This document shows, one piece after another, positions 48,101 to 57,386 of a stretch of 64,000 nucleotides of DNA. The notes under the pieces are model-generated. The model was not told the DNA's origin. It saw nothing but the letters and a program-made list of their open reading frames with translations, and ran no database searches. The translations under genes and the position numbers were made by a program. Location: assembly GCA_028284775.1 (NCBI GenBank), contig JANQRB010000167.1, positions 106 through 64,105 on the forward strand, written 5' to 3'. This stretch comes from Candidatus Kapaibacterium sp. (lineage in GTDB: Bacteria > Bacteroidota > Ignavibacteria > Kapaibacteriales > UBA7675). Every line of letters starts with the position of its first letter. Position 1 is the stretch's first letter.

Positions 48101-48974
48101 CGCTGCCGGCAATGAGGTACGCATACTGGCCGACGGCGACACGCACGAATTGACACTCAGTTTCGCGCCGGAAGAGGTCGGTCGCACGAGCGGCCGCCTG
48201 GAAGTAGTGCAGGACTTCGGCGGAGGGCGCGCCAAGATCGCGGCGGAGGTGCTGCTGCACGGCGAAGGCGCCTGTGACCTGGCGCTGCCACCGCAGGGGG
48301 CTTTTACGATTGCGCTGCCCGAAGTGGAGGTGCACGAACAGGATCGGCTGCTGCTGAATTTGACCGTCACTCCCGCCGCCGGCATGCAATCGGCCTTTGA
48401 CCAGGGCCTCCGAGATTTTGAAGCGCGTATCCGATTTAACAGGACGATTCTCGTACCAGTCGGCGCCACCCCTGCCGGCAGTGTGGACGGCGATGATCGT
48501 GTGATCGATATCAGGGGCTCCATAACGGATGTCGATCCCGTCGCCATCCGCCTGGAATTTATTGCGGTCTTCGGCAATGCCGAATCGACAGAGCTGCAGA
48601 TCGAATCATTCGCCTTTACTGGTTGTCCTGTCTCTAAGCTGCTGCGTCACGGCAAAGTGACGATCAGCGATATCTGCCGCGCCGGCGGCTTGCGCCTCTT
48701 CAATAGCAGCGGCAGCCTGGCCCTGTTGCGGAGCCAACCCAATCCGGCCAGGGACGCCACCATCATACAGTTCGCGTTGCGTGAAAATGGTCTCACGCAG
48801 CTGACGCTTTACGACGCTTTAGGCCGCGAAGTGCGGCGGCTGGTGGATGCCATTCTGAGCAAAGGCCCCTACGAGCTGCGCCTGGCAACACAGGATCTTC
48901 CGGCTGGTCGCTACCTATATGTCTTGCGCACGCCGACTGCCGTGATTCACGAACATCTGGTGGTGATGCAATGA
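45168..48974 (+). CDS. T9SS cargo protein: VWA + choice-of-anchor-D + WD40 propeller + cohesin-like domain + CTD
   Basis: MIDAS DASLS...T...TDG, WD40 repeats (FSPDGSLVATGSRDG), Ig-like units and CTD SQPNPA...LPAGRYLY. Confidence 0.82.
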   Translation: MICRSHHIVVRLALGAVLGLFLSVPMINAQQEFLQLIDVNSADFPTVTANIFAFDESGQSLQGLVAEDILLSDNGADIAGLRLECPGDVEAQALSSVLAIDASLSMDGARWQIARHGAEHWIDRALDGSSDCALSIFDRQSYVLQDFSSDQGRLTAALDRHTTGSGTDFNAALLDGPAAALRLAGRAGHRPIVILLTDGAGPLDLTRVRDFALSNGLTIYCLGLFSVLQKDLKTLAMETGGYCFDRIASLEEIRRYYSLVLYLARGGKPCRLSWQAVGDCDTEREVGLEVVNSELSLTFQYQPSPANRARAEIAPSSIEFGAVIPDGRRVEREVIITARDAALRLDGFQSSDARFHIERPDPPAGNILQPNESEHVVLVYTPPDSASVVAQISLQSDSCADTLFHVAGGYQNASFGPRQLRLLSPAAGDTLLAGQELAITWDGVLPDEKIQIDYRAGPAADWELVTDAASNLRYDWQAPISAGPTTELRLRYFAEGNVDASHAEIHPFAQRSVTGQARGVDFIPGDSLAVITGGTSDALNPVQIWNYRSDSIIRSFDLSGAGRLTAQDVSTSGHYLALGGIDGVVYLFRLSEGELIRRFTIGNTPVTYVAISADERYLAASYANAGIGAVIWDLQTLEQVHDITDHIGTIHTIRFSADVTSFLTTGADRSTRIWSLESAVTFRTLNSHSDEVLCAAFSPDGSLVATGSRDGSLELWQVAPWRRIRKLSLNDLPVLDLDFSPDGKMLLAAYQFGSAEVWRLSSFESARTLVGHRNDVNFGRFHPDGILAASSDKDGRVIVWRLDVARRELSQTSRVLRHLQPALTLVERVAMGDVILNRQRDSIVNSCLCNRSDAPVLVRSLTLQQDEEGEFELPTRAVPLSLRPGICHPLEIRFRPSRTGERRALLVAETANEVLHCRLIGNGLPAGMSGVSILDFGMVAPGERKDSSISLQVENNSGEPVLLSGLRLRGPDSEQFSIAAGNEVRILADGDTHELTLSFAPEEVGRTSGRLEVVQDFGGGRAKIAAEVLLHGEGACDLALPPQGAFTIALPEVEVHEQDRLLLNLTVTPAAGMQSAFDQGLRDFEARIRFNRTILVPVGATPAGSVDGDDRVIDIRGSITDVDPVAIRLEFIAVFGNAESTELQIESFAFTGCPVSKLLRHGKVTISDICRAGGLRLFNSSGSLALLRSQPNPARDATIIQFALRENGLTQLTLYDALGREVRRLVDAILSKGPYELRLATQDLPAGRYLYVLRTPTAVIHEHLVVMQ

Positions 48975-51022
48975 GAAACCATCATCTGCCCTGGCTGTTG
49001 CTGGCGATCTTCATGTGCGGGTGGCAGGGTGTCCCGGCCCAGTCGGCGGCCAGCGGTCCCTTGCGATTCGGCCTGGCCGGCGGTCTGAACTTCAACTTGC
49101 ACACTGCGAATTTCGTCGCCCTGCCGAACGTGGAAAGTTGCTGTCCGCAGTTCGAAGGCGGCAGCGGCCTGGGCGCCTCGCTGTCGTTCCTGGCGGAAGT
49201 GCAGATTACATCGTCAATTTTTGCGGGACTTCGCTTTGGCTATACCTCGCTGAACGGCAAGCTGACGGCGCTTGAGAATTCCGTTGTCGTCGCGGACGAC
49301 GACAAGGGCGAACCGATTGCCCCTTCGCTGGAGGGATTGTCGATAGAGCACAGTATCGATGCCGGTTTGCAGGGGATTGCGATTGAGCTGAGCGGCGGCC
49401 TGAATCTGGCGCCGGCGCTGTATGCCTACGCCGGTGTGCGCGGCGATGTGCTGATTCGGCAAACATTCTCGCAAAAAGAAACGCTGCTGCAGCCTGAATG
49501 GGGATCCTTTGAGAACGGCTCGCGTATCCGCAACGAACAGAGCGGCCCCATTCCGGCGGCCTCCGATGTCACCACTTCGCTGCTCCTGGGATTCGGCTAT
49601 GCTACAAATTTGAATGCCGAGGGGACTCTTCTGGCGGTGCCTGAGGTGGGGATCGTGTGGGGCCTGAGCGATTATGTGCGTGGCCTTGACTGGCGTTCCA
49701 CCACCCTACGCTTTGGCGTCGCCTTGAAATACGCGCCGAAGGCATCGACACTGACGCTCGCTTCCGGCACGGGGTCTGCTGCCGCAGTCCGTAGCCTTGA
49801 TGAGGTCGAAGCCGGAGAGCCTGCTCTCAACGCGCTCTTGCCCCTGCGTGTTGTCGACGAGCGCGGCCGCGAACGTGCCGCGCAGTCGATCCAGGTCAGG
49901 CGGTTTGTCCGGCGGGGCCTGACGCCGCTGCTGCCCTATCTCTTTTTTGCAAAAGGCGAAAGCCGCATTCCCGACCGTTACCTCGATGCCGATCCTGCGA
50001 CGATGCAGGGAAGCGCCGAGCCTGGCGATCGAGGCAGCAGCAACGCGCTGGCGGTCTATTATCGTCTGCTGGATATCATTGGCAGGCGTCTGCAGCGTCA
50101 CCCGCAGGCCACGCTGACCCTAAGCGCTTACAGGGCCCGCGACGAAGAAGAATCGAGCGAAAGGCTGACGCGACAGAGAGCGCAGGCGGTGGAATCTTAT
50201 CTGAGGGACGCTTGGCAAATCGCTCCCGGGCGTCTGCGGCTCGTGTCCGCTGATCTGCCTCCTCGTCCCTCTCCTTCGGATACAGAGGATGGTCGCGCGG
50301 AGAACAGGCGCGTCGAGATCACTTCCGATCATCCGGCGATTCTGGCGCCTTTACCCTGGCGCGATACAATCTTTGACTGCCGACCGGCAACCTTGCGTTT
50401 GCGTCCGCTGGTGCAGGGACGCGCGGCAGTTGCATCCTGGCAGCTGCGCTTTCAGGGCGCCGAGCGGCTGATTGCAAGCCTTGGCGGTAGCGCCGCGCCG
50501 CCGCCCTCGGTCGACTGGAGCATAGCGGCTAATATTGAGCGATTTCCGTCGGGACTGGACAGCCTGGCGGCAGAGCTGCTGCTGCGCCAAGACGATGGGC
50601 GGACGCTGGCCCTTAGTGCGACATCCATCCCCCTGCACTGGCAGAATGGTTCGCAGGACCCGGGGGACTCCCGGCATCCGGGATACCTGGGTCTGTATGA
50701 CGTACTTCTATTCGACTATAACAGCGCCGAATTGAGTCCACAGAGCAAAGCGCTGCTGGCGTTGATACGCCCCAGGATTGACTCGTCGGCTTCAGTGCAC
50801 ATCGACGGTTATTGTGACCGCAGCGGTAATGAAGACTACAACAGACGGCTTGCGACCTCCCGCGCTCGCAACTGTGCCGCCCAATTGAATCGTAGAGACG
50901 CAGGCGTGGCCGGACACGGCGAACACAGCCAGCGTTACACGAACGAGCTGCCCGAAGGCCGGTTTTACAATCGCGCCGTAAGTATTCGAGTTGAATCGCT
51001 GGTGGAGGCACATGGCGACTAA
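48971..51022 (+). CDS. Outer-membrane beta-barrel + two OmpA-like peptidoglycan-binding domains
   Basis: Signal peptide, barrel strands ending FGVALKY, RAQAV...ENRRVEI and LFDYNSAEL...GYCDRSG...NRAV. ATGA overlap with the upstream gene. Confidence 0.78.
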   Translation: MRNHHLPWLLLAIFMCGWQGVPAQSAASGPLRFGLAGGLNFNLHTANFVALPNVESCCPQFEGGSGLGASLSFLAEVQITSSIFAGLRFGYTSLNGKLTALENSVVVADDDKGEPIAPSLEGLSIEHSIDAGLQGIAIELSGGLNLAPALYAYAGVRGDVLIRQTFSQKETLLQPEWGSFENGSRIRNEQSGPIPAASDVTTSLLLGFGYATNLNAEGTLLAVPEVGIVWGLSDYVRGLDWRSTTLRFGVALKYAPKASTLTLASGTGSAAAVRSLDEVEAGEPALNALLPLRVVDERGRERAAQSIQVRRFVRRGLTPLLPYLFFAKGESRIPDRYLDADPATMQGSAEPGDRGSSNALAVYYRLLDIIGRRLQRHPQATLTLSAYRARDEEESSERLTRQRAQAVESYLRDAWQIAPGRLRLVSADLPPRPSPSDTEDGRAENRRVEITSDHPAILAPLPWRDTIFDCRPATLRLRPLVQGRAAVASWQLRFQGAERLIASLGGSAAPPPSVDWSIAANIERFPSGLDSLAAELLLRQDDGRTLALSATSIPLHWQNGSQDPGDSRHPGYLGLYDVLLFDYNSAELSPQSKALLALIRPRIDSSASVHIDGYCDRSGNEDYNRRLATSRARNCAAQLNRRDAGVAGHGEHSQRYTNELPEGRFYNRAVSIRVESLVEAHGD

Positions 51023-51581
51023 AAGACCGTATTTGAATTCGGAAGATGCTAAGCTTGTGCGGATGATCAGGGATGCTTCCGCCTCAAGCGAACGGGCGTT
51101 CAACGAGTTAAACGAACGCTACTCGCACCGCATTTATGCGTACTGCCTGCGAGTGCTCGGCAATGAATCCGAAGCGCAGGATTTGTTTCAGGAGACCTTT
51201 ATTCGTTTCTACAAAGCCTGTTGCAACGGGACCGATATCCGCAATGTTGTAAGCTATCTGCTTAAGACCGCGCGCAATCTGTATTTAAACATCCAGCGCG
51301 ACCGCAAGCTTAACGTTCCGGTGGAAGATTATCACCTGGTGGAACATTCGAACCGCTATGAAAAAGAAGAATTGCTGGAATTGATTGCAGCGGCCCTGGA
51401 GGTGCTCAACTTTCCTTTGCGGGAGGCTTTTGTGCTGCGCCATTATCAGCAGCTCTCCTACCGTGAGATAGCTGATATTACCGGCGATTCTGTTGACGTG
51501 CTCAAATTTCGGGTCTGGAGCGCCAAGGAAAAGATCAAAACGATCCTGGCGCCCTACCTGAACGATTTACCTGTCTTGTAG
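51012..51581 (+). CDS. ECF RNA polymerase sigma factor
   Basis: AFNEL.ERY, AQDLFQETF, YLLKTARN and LSYREIADITG. GGAGG ribosome-binding site. Confidence 0.9.
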   Translation: MATKRPYLNSEDAKLVRMIRDASASSERAFNELNERYSHRIYAYCLRVLGNESEAQDLFQETFIRFYKACCNGTDIRNVVSYLLKTARNLYLNIQRDRKLNVPVEDYHLVEHSNRYEKEELLELIAAALEVLNFPLREAFVLRHYQQLSYREIADITGDSVDVLKFRVWSAKEKIKTILAPYLNDLPVL

Positions 51582-52891
51582 TGAGGTATGGCATGCCATT
51601 ATATTCCAGAATGATACATGATTATTTCGATGGTGGCCTCGATCGCCATCAGGAAGAGCAGCTCTTTGACGCCCTTGGCCGCGATGAGGAGCTACGAGCG
51701 GAGTTCAACGCCGAGTTGCAGTTGCAGAACGCGATTAGCCGCGATGCGATGTCCATTCATACGCCGGGCGTAGCTCTCAAGGAGGTTTACCGGCAAATTG
51801 GATTTGGCGCCGGCGCGGGTTCTTCCACCACAGCGGGTGCCGGCGGAATTGCGGGGTGGATAGCGCGCTACCTCGCGCCGCTGCGAATGTCGAACGCTAA
51901 AGTAGCGGCCTACCTGGCGGGCGGCGTGGTACCGATTCTGCTCGCGACGCTGCTGTTTTTCTCGCAGGATGAAGCGGAACGGGATGCAGCCCTTCCGGCT
52001 GACCCGGGGCAATCGGAGCTCGCCACAATGCTGCCGGGGCCGGTAGAGGGGACTGCCGCTGTGCCCGGAACAAGCGCTTCACGTTTCAACAGCCTGGCCT
52101 TTTCCGCCGCGACAGGGTCCGCATCACAGGAATTACCGGCTGCAGACCCTTCGACGGCCGCTCTGATGCCTGATGACTCGCCGGTTCGCGATTCGCGACC
52201 GACGCCGCTCGAACAATCCTTGCCGACGCCTGATCGACAGGCCGTCTTGGCGCAGCGATCTGTCATCCATGAAGTCGCGAGCACTGCAATGCTAGCGGCC
52301 GAAGATCGCCGGCACAACGGTGCCGCGGCCCCGTCCAGCGGTCTCGCCGCGCTTGACAGACTGGCGGAATTCTCCCTTATCGATCTGGCTGCCGAGCATA
52401 ATTTTTCGGTCTATGCCCGCGGCCTGAGCTCGGACCCCGGCGGCAGTAACCAGAGTTTTTCCCTCTTGAGCGCTATGGCGATCGGCTTTGCCCTGCCGGT
52501 CAATGAACGTTTACTCCTGAGCGTCGAAGTTGGCAACGAAAGTTTTGATCAGAGTACCTCGATTCCCGATCCGAGCAATCCGGGCGAAAACCTTGTAATT
52601 CCCAGCACTGCGGAAATGTTCTGGGCGGGCATAGCCGGCCGATACCGCCTGCCCTTGACTGTCGCGAGCGAAGACCTGTCGTTTTTTGGACAGCCGGGTG
52701 CGGCCCTGGCCTACAGCAACACCTTTGAAGGTGCCCTGGCAAAACTCGGCGTCGGTCTGGAATACCGCCTCGAGTCCAGCTTTACCGTTTTTGCCGGCTG
52801 GGAATGGACATATCTGATGAGTCTAGGCGCTTCAACGAACAGCACGGCGGGGAAGCAGGGACTGACCTATGGTGTTTCCTTTAAATTCTGA
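51581..52891 (+). CDS. Putative anti-sigma factor with TM helix, low-complexity linker and C-terminal outer-membrane beta-barrel
   Basis: IHDYFDGGL anti-sigma-like N-terminus, TM VVPILLATLLFF, Ala/Pro/Ser linker and barrel ending TYGVSFKF. Overlaps the sigma gene's stop codon by 1 nt. Confidence 0.65.
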   Translation: MRYGMPLYSRMIHDYFDGGLDRHQEEQLFDALGRDEELRAEFNAELQLQNAISRDAMSIHTPGVALKEVYRQIGFGAGAGSSTTAGAGGIAGWIARYLAPLRMSNAKVAAYLAGGVVPILLATLLFFSQDEAERDAALPADPGQSELATMLPGPVEGTAAVPGTSASRFNSLAFSAATGSASQELPAADPSTAALMPDDSPVRDSRPTPLEQSLPTPDRQAVLAQRSVIHEVASTAMLAAEDRRHNGAAAPSSGLAALDRLAEFSLIDLAAEHNFSVYARGLSSDPGGSNQSFSLLSAMAIGFALPVNERLLLSVEVGNESFDQSTSIPDPSNPGENLVIPSTAEMFWAGIAGRYRLPLTVASEDLSFFGQPGAALAYSNTFEGALAKLGVGLEYRLESSFTVFAGWEWTYLMSLGASTNSTAGKQGLTYGVSFKF

Positions 52892-53141
52892 GATCAGTCC
52901 CGTGCTGACATCATTGCCGCCCTGCGCGGACCCGACCTTCTCTGTTTCGGCCTGGGATAATTGCAAGCGGCACTAATCATCGCCCGACGTACGCGACACA
53001 ACTATTGATCGACTGGCCGCTGCCCATGGCCGCACTCACTCCACAAAGCATCCGCTATGCAGAAGACCATTTTGTCCTGCCGTGAACAATAGCCTTTGGT
53101 CCTGGCCGCAGCGCGAAGGAAGCAAAAAGCATTGATTTTGT

Positions 53142-53167
53142 TGTAACATAGAATCCCCGGGATCGTA
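53142..53167 (+). promoter_or_regulatory. Candidate ECF-sigma promoter (TGTAAC-N16-CGTA)
   Basis: tgtaac atagaatccccgggat cgta upstream of the M16 protease gene. Confidence 0.35.
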
Positions 53168-53322
53168 ACGGGCGGGATCGTCGCAACTCAGTGCCGGGTT
53201 GTGATGTATGCGCGATCTTGGGCTGCAGTGTACGATGCTGCTCTACAGAAGCCCCCTCCCTCCCTTTTCAATGTGCTGACATGAAGTTGACACGCTTTTT
53301 TGCAAAAATTCAAGGCTTCGCA

Positions 53323-56166
53323 ATGAATCGAATGATGCGTATAGTAATAGCAACTGTATGCGCAATAGTCATGGCTGCCGAGATGTCGGCCCAGTCTGAT
53401 GACGTGCTTACAGAGTTGAAAATCGATCCGGCGGTCACGGTCGGGACACTGGACAATGGGCTTCGGTATTATGTTCGGCGCAATACCACACCGCGAAACC
53501 GGGCTGAGCTGCGACTGGTGGTCAATGCCGGCTCGATGCAGGAAGACGACAATCAGCGCGGCCTGGCGCACTTCGTGGAGCACATGGCCTTTAACGGCAC
53601 CGAAAACTTTCCTAAGAATACGCTTGTCAAGTTGCTGGAATCACTGGGTAGCCGTTTTGGCGCCGATTTGAATGCCTATACCAGCTTCGATGAAACTGTG
53701 TATATGCTGCAGCTGCCCACCGACACGCTTGAGACCTTCGAGACCGGATTTAAAGTCCTCGGCGACTGGGCGTACAAGGTTTCTTTCGACGGCGATGAGA
53801 TCGAAAAGGAGCGCGGCGTGGTAATCGAGGAATGGCGGCTCGGGCGCGGTGCCGAAGAGCGAATGCGTCAGAAATACTGGCCGGTGCTTATGGCGGGCTC
53901 GCGCTATGCGCAGCGGATACCGATCGGCAAGAAAGAGATCCTGGATAATTTTGATCACGAGACACTTAAACAATTTTACCGCGACTGGTACCGGCCCGAT
54001 CTGATGGCTGTTGTCGCCGTCGGTGATTTTGAACCGGCTCATGCCGAACGACTGATCAAACGTTTTTTTGGTCCGATTCCGATGCTGGAGAATCCCCGTC
54101 CGCGCGAGGAATACCGCCTCGGCAGTCACAAAGGCACGAAGGTCGCAATAGCTACCGATCCCGAGGCGCGATTCACCATGCTGCGTATGCAATACAAAAA
54201 ACCGCGCGAAGAGCATGTTAGTGTCGGCGATTTTCGCCGCCAGATTGTGTACCGGATGTTTAGCGGGATGTTAAACTCGCGTCTGGAAGAAATTAAGCAA
54301 AAGCCGAATCCGCCCTTTATGTTCAGCGGTGTAAACTATGGCGGATTTGTCCGAACGATGGACGCCTATTCGATGTTCGGCATCATCTCCGGCAACAATG
54401 TCAAGCGCGCCATCGAAATATTTGTCGAGGAAAACGAACGCGTCCGACAGCACGGATTTACACCATCCGAACTGGAACGCGAACGCAAAAGGATTCTGCG
54501 CGGAGCCGAGAGCGCATTTAACGAAAGGGACAAAACGGAATCGCGCCGACTGGCCGGCGAATATGTGCGGAACTTTCTCAGTGGGGAACCAATTCCCGGC
54601 GTCGCGAGTGAATTTGAGATGTACCGGCGATTCGTTCCAGCCATCACATTGGAGGAGATCAACGCTCTGTCGAAAGACTGGATCAGCAAAGACGATCACC
54701 TGATCATAATAACGGCCCCTGAGCGTGAAGGGGTGGAGGTGCCCAGCGAACGCGATGTCCTGGCTCTCGTGGACCGCCTGCAACAGCAAACGGTGGCGGC
54801 CTACGAAGATGTGCTTGTCGACAAGCCTTTGCTGGCGCAGGAGCCCAAGCCCGGCAGCATTGTTTCGGAATCCGTTCGCGAGAGTATCGGCGTTCGGGAG
54901 TGGACCCTTTCCAACGGCGCGCGCGTCATTATAAAGCAAACGGATTTCAAGAACGACGAAATTCTGATGCGGGCCTTCAGTCCGGGCGGCGCTTCCCTCT
55001 ATTCCGATGAAGACAATATGTCGGCGATATTTGCGGGCGAAATTATCGGGCGCAGTGGTGTCGCGGAGTTTGACGAGATCAGCCTGCAGAAACAGTTGAG
55101 CGGCAAGCTTCTGCGTTTGCGTCCCTGGCTGACGGAGCGTGAAGAGGGCTTTCGCGGCAGCTCATCGCCCGAAGATTTCGAAACGCTGCTGCAACTCTTG
55201 TATCTGTACAGCACGGCCCCGCGAATGGATCCGGCCGGCCTTTCGTCCTTCGTGTCCGAATACAACGGCTTCATTGCCAACAAGGCGGGCGATCCGCGGG
55301 CGGCTTTCCAGGATACGATCGGCGTGACAATGGCGCAGTATCATCCGCGTCGCCGACCGATGTCTACCGCCATACTGGAAGAAATCAATCTCGAACGCAG
55401 CTATGCGATCTATCGCGAACGATTTGCCGATGCTGGGGACTTCACCTTCGTGTTCGTCGGTAACCTGGACCTGGCATCCGCCCGGCCCCTGATCGAAAAG
55501 TACATCGGCGCTCTGCCGGCTGCTGGCCGTCAGGAAGAGGCGCGTGACATCGGCCTGCGCTATCCGCAGGGTACCATCACAAAAACGCTTCGCAAGGGCG
55601 TCGAGCCGCAGAGCCAGGTGCAATTGATTTTTAGCGGTCCTTTCACGTTTACGAATCACAATCGCATCAGCGCGCGTGCAATGCTGCGCGTTCTCAATAT
55701 GAAGCTGCGCGAGTCGCTCCGCGAAGAACAAGGGGGGACCTATGGCGCATCGGCCCGCTCGCAATTCACTCAGCATCCGCAAAGCGTCTATCGCATCAAT
55801 ATCGGATTCGGCTGCGCTCCCGACAATGCCGAGACGCTTATCGAGGCGGCATTTGCCGAAATACGGCGATTGCAGAATGAGGGACCGACGGATGAGGAGC
55901 TGCGCAGCGTGCGCGAGATTCTGCGGCGGGACCGGGAGACGAACCTGCGGGAGAATCGCTTCTGGCTGCGAGCGCTCGCCGGTCATTACGCGGCAGCTGA
56001 AAATCCCGAGTCAATCAATAATTACGATTCCATTGTAGACGCGATGACTCCGGCCAGCCTGCAGCAGGAAGCGCAGAAATATTTCGATTGGGAAAACCTG
56101 GTGCGGGTCGTCTTATTGCCGAAGTCCGCCGGCGCTGTGGGGGAGGGCGGCAGCACGGATGAGTAA
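53323..56166 (+). CDS. M16-family zinc protease (PqqL-like); start may be 53281
   Basis: Signal peptide, GLAHFVEHMAFNG (HxxEH), NAYTSFDETVY, FYRDWYRPD and LREEQGGTY. Confidence 0.9.
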   Translation: MNRMMRIVIATVCAIVMAAEMSAQSDDVLTELKIDPAVTVGTLDNGLRYYVRRNTTPRNRAELRLVVNAGSMQEDDNQRGLAHFVEHMAFNGTENFPKNTLVKLLESLGSRFGADLNAYTSFDETVYMLQLPTDTLETFETGFKVLGDWAYKVSFDGDEIEKERGVVIEEWRLGRGAEERMRQKYWPVLMAGSRYAQRIPIGKKEILDNFDHETLKQFYRDWYRPDLMAVVAVGDFEPAHAERLIKRFFGPIPMLENPRPREEYRLGSHKGTKVAIATDPEARFTMLRMQYKKPREEHVSVGDFRRQIVYRMFSGMLNSRLEEIKQKPNPPFMFSGVNYGGFVRTMDAYSMFGIISGNNVKRAIEIFVEENERVRQHGFTPSELERERKRILRGAESAFNERDKTESRRLAGEYVRNFLSGEPIPGVASEFEMYRRFVPAITLEEINALSKDWISKDDHLIIITAPEREGVEVPSERDVLALVDRLQQQTVAAYEDVLVDKPLLAQEPKPGSIVSESVRESIGVREWTLSNGARVIIKQTDFKNDEILMRAFSPGGASLYSDEDNMSAIFAGEIIGRSGVAEFDEISLQKQLSGKLLRLRPWLTEREEGFRGSSSPEDFETLLQLLYLYSTAPRMDPAGLSSFVSEYNGFIANKAGDPRAAFQDTIGVTMAQYHPRRRPMSTAILEEINLERSYAIYRERFADAGDFTFVFVGNLDLASARPLIEKYIGALPAAGRQEEARDIGLRYPQGTITKTLRKGVEPQSQVQLIFSGPFTFTNHNRISARAMLRVLNMKLRESLREEQGGTYGASARSQFTQHPQSVYRINIGFGCAPDNAETLIEAAFAEIRRLQNEGPTDEELRSVREILRRDRETNLRENRFWLRALAGHYAAAENPESINNYDSIVDAMTPASLQQEAQKYFDWENLVRVVLLPKSAGAVGEGGSTDE

Positions 56167-56291
56167 GTCATCGTGAATCTGCCCGGAACGGCGTCTGCGC
56201 CTGAAGCGCCGAATGGCGGAAGCCCGGGCTCTTGTCGGCACAGCGGAGCACGACGCAGAAGCAGCTGTTCAAGGCAAGGATGAGTGAAGAC

Positions 56292-56338
56292 AAAAAAAGA
56301 GCCGTTGTCTCAGTTCGAGACTGCGGCTCTGCATTTTT
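56292..56338. terminator. Probable bidirectional terminator between convergent genes
   Basis: A-tract, then AGAGCCG..GTCTC-agttc-GAGAC..CGGCTCT, then gcaTTTTT. Confidence 0.6.
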
Positions 56339-56352
56339 ACTGCGGCACGATG

Positions 56353-57189
56353 CTACTGCGGCACGGTGCGCAGACGCAGGCTTTCCGGATGTTTAAGCGC
56401 ATAGCCGATATCGCTGCGGTAGCCATTGACATCGCCCGGCAGCAGCCCGAGCCCATTGCCCGCGCCGATCAATCCCGGTGCCTCGGATTGCATATTTTCG
56501 CGCCACCATTCGCTATCAAAGAAGAATGCCGCGATTTCGCGATGCGTGGCTTCGTGGGTAAAGGCCGCGCAACCATCCTGCAGTTGCGGCCAGATGTACC
56601 GCAGACAGGTCTCTAAGGAACTCACCAGGTCGACATCGATGAAAGCCAGGATAACGGGTTTGTCAAAGCCGGGCAGCGAGTCGTTGAAAAAGCCTTTGTT
56701 AAGGTGACAGATTTCGGCCACGCCGCCGGTGGCAACGTTGCGGCGCACTTCCTCGAAGCTGCCGGCCCAGCCGCCTTTGGCATAGGTGTGGACTTCGCCG
56801 GCATCCACCAGCAGATGCGTTTTGTCCTCCTCCGCCGGCTCGGGCAGCCCTTCGAAGGAATCAAATACTTCCAGCTCGCGGTTGCAAAGGGCGCAAACAA
56901 GGGAGAGGTTGGCGGTACTGCCGCCTTTGAAACAGCCGCATTCCACCACGCAGCCTTTGACCCGTTTGGGGACATTCATTATGCGGGTGGCCATGCACAG
57001 GTGTTCCAGAAAATGCGAGGCTGTGGGAATCTGCCGATTATTGCGCATCATTTTCCACACCAGCCCCAGCTTGCTGCCGAAGGTGATGCCGTAGTCGATG
57101 CCGGTCGTTCCCCGAAAGTATTCCCGCAGCAATACCGGCAGGGAAAGCAGCAGCAAGACGCGGCGGTACAGTTTAGCAATAAATGTCAT
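56353..57189 (-). CDS. TylF/MycF/NovP-family SAM-dependent O-methyltransferase
   Basis: VECGCFKGGS, FDSFEGLP, KGFFNDSLP and FIDVDL. Confidence 0.85.
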   Translation of the reverse strand: MTFIAKLYRRVLLLLSLPVLLREYFRGTTGIDYGITFGSKLGLVWKMMRNNRQIPTASHFLEHLCMATRIMNVPKRVKGCVVECGCFKGGSTANLSLVCALCNRELEVFDSFEGLPEPAEEDKTHLLVDAGEVHTYAKGGWAGSFEEVRRNVATGGVAEICHLNKGFFNDSLPGFDKPVILAFIDVDLVSSLETCLRYIWPQLQDGCAAFTHEATHREIAAFFFDSEWWRENMQSEAPGLIGAGNGLGLLPGDVNGYRSDIGYALKHPESLRLRTVPQ

Positions 57190-57386
57190 AAGCTTTTTGA
57201 TTGCCCCGGCTTAATCCGCAGATTGACGTAAAAATTTAAAACTACAAAAATTGAACGGCAGGTATAACTTTTTCCGCGACGCTGAAACGAAATTTCCCTT
57301 TGCCGCCCATCAGATGCTTCGTAGTTTCCCGTTTTTTGTTCTTGGTACGGCTTTGTACTATTGCGCCCGGAGGGTCAGCCCCACTT

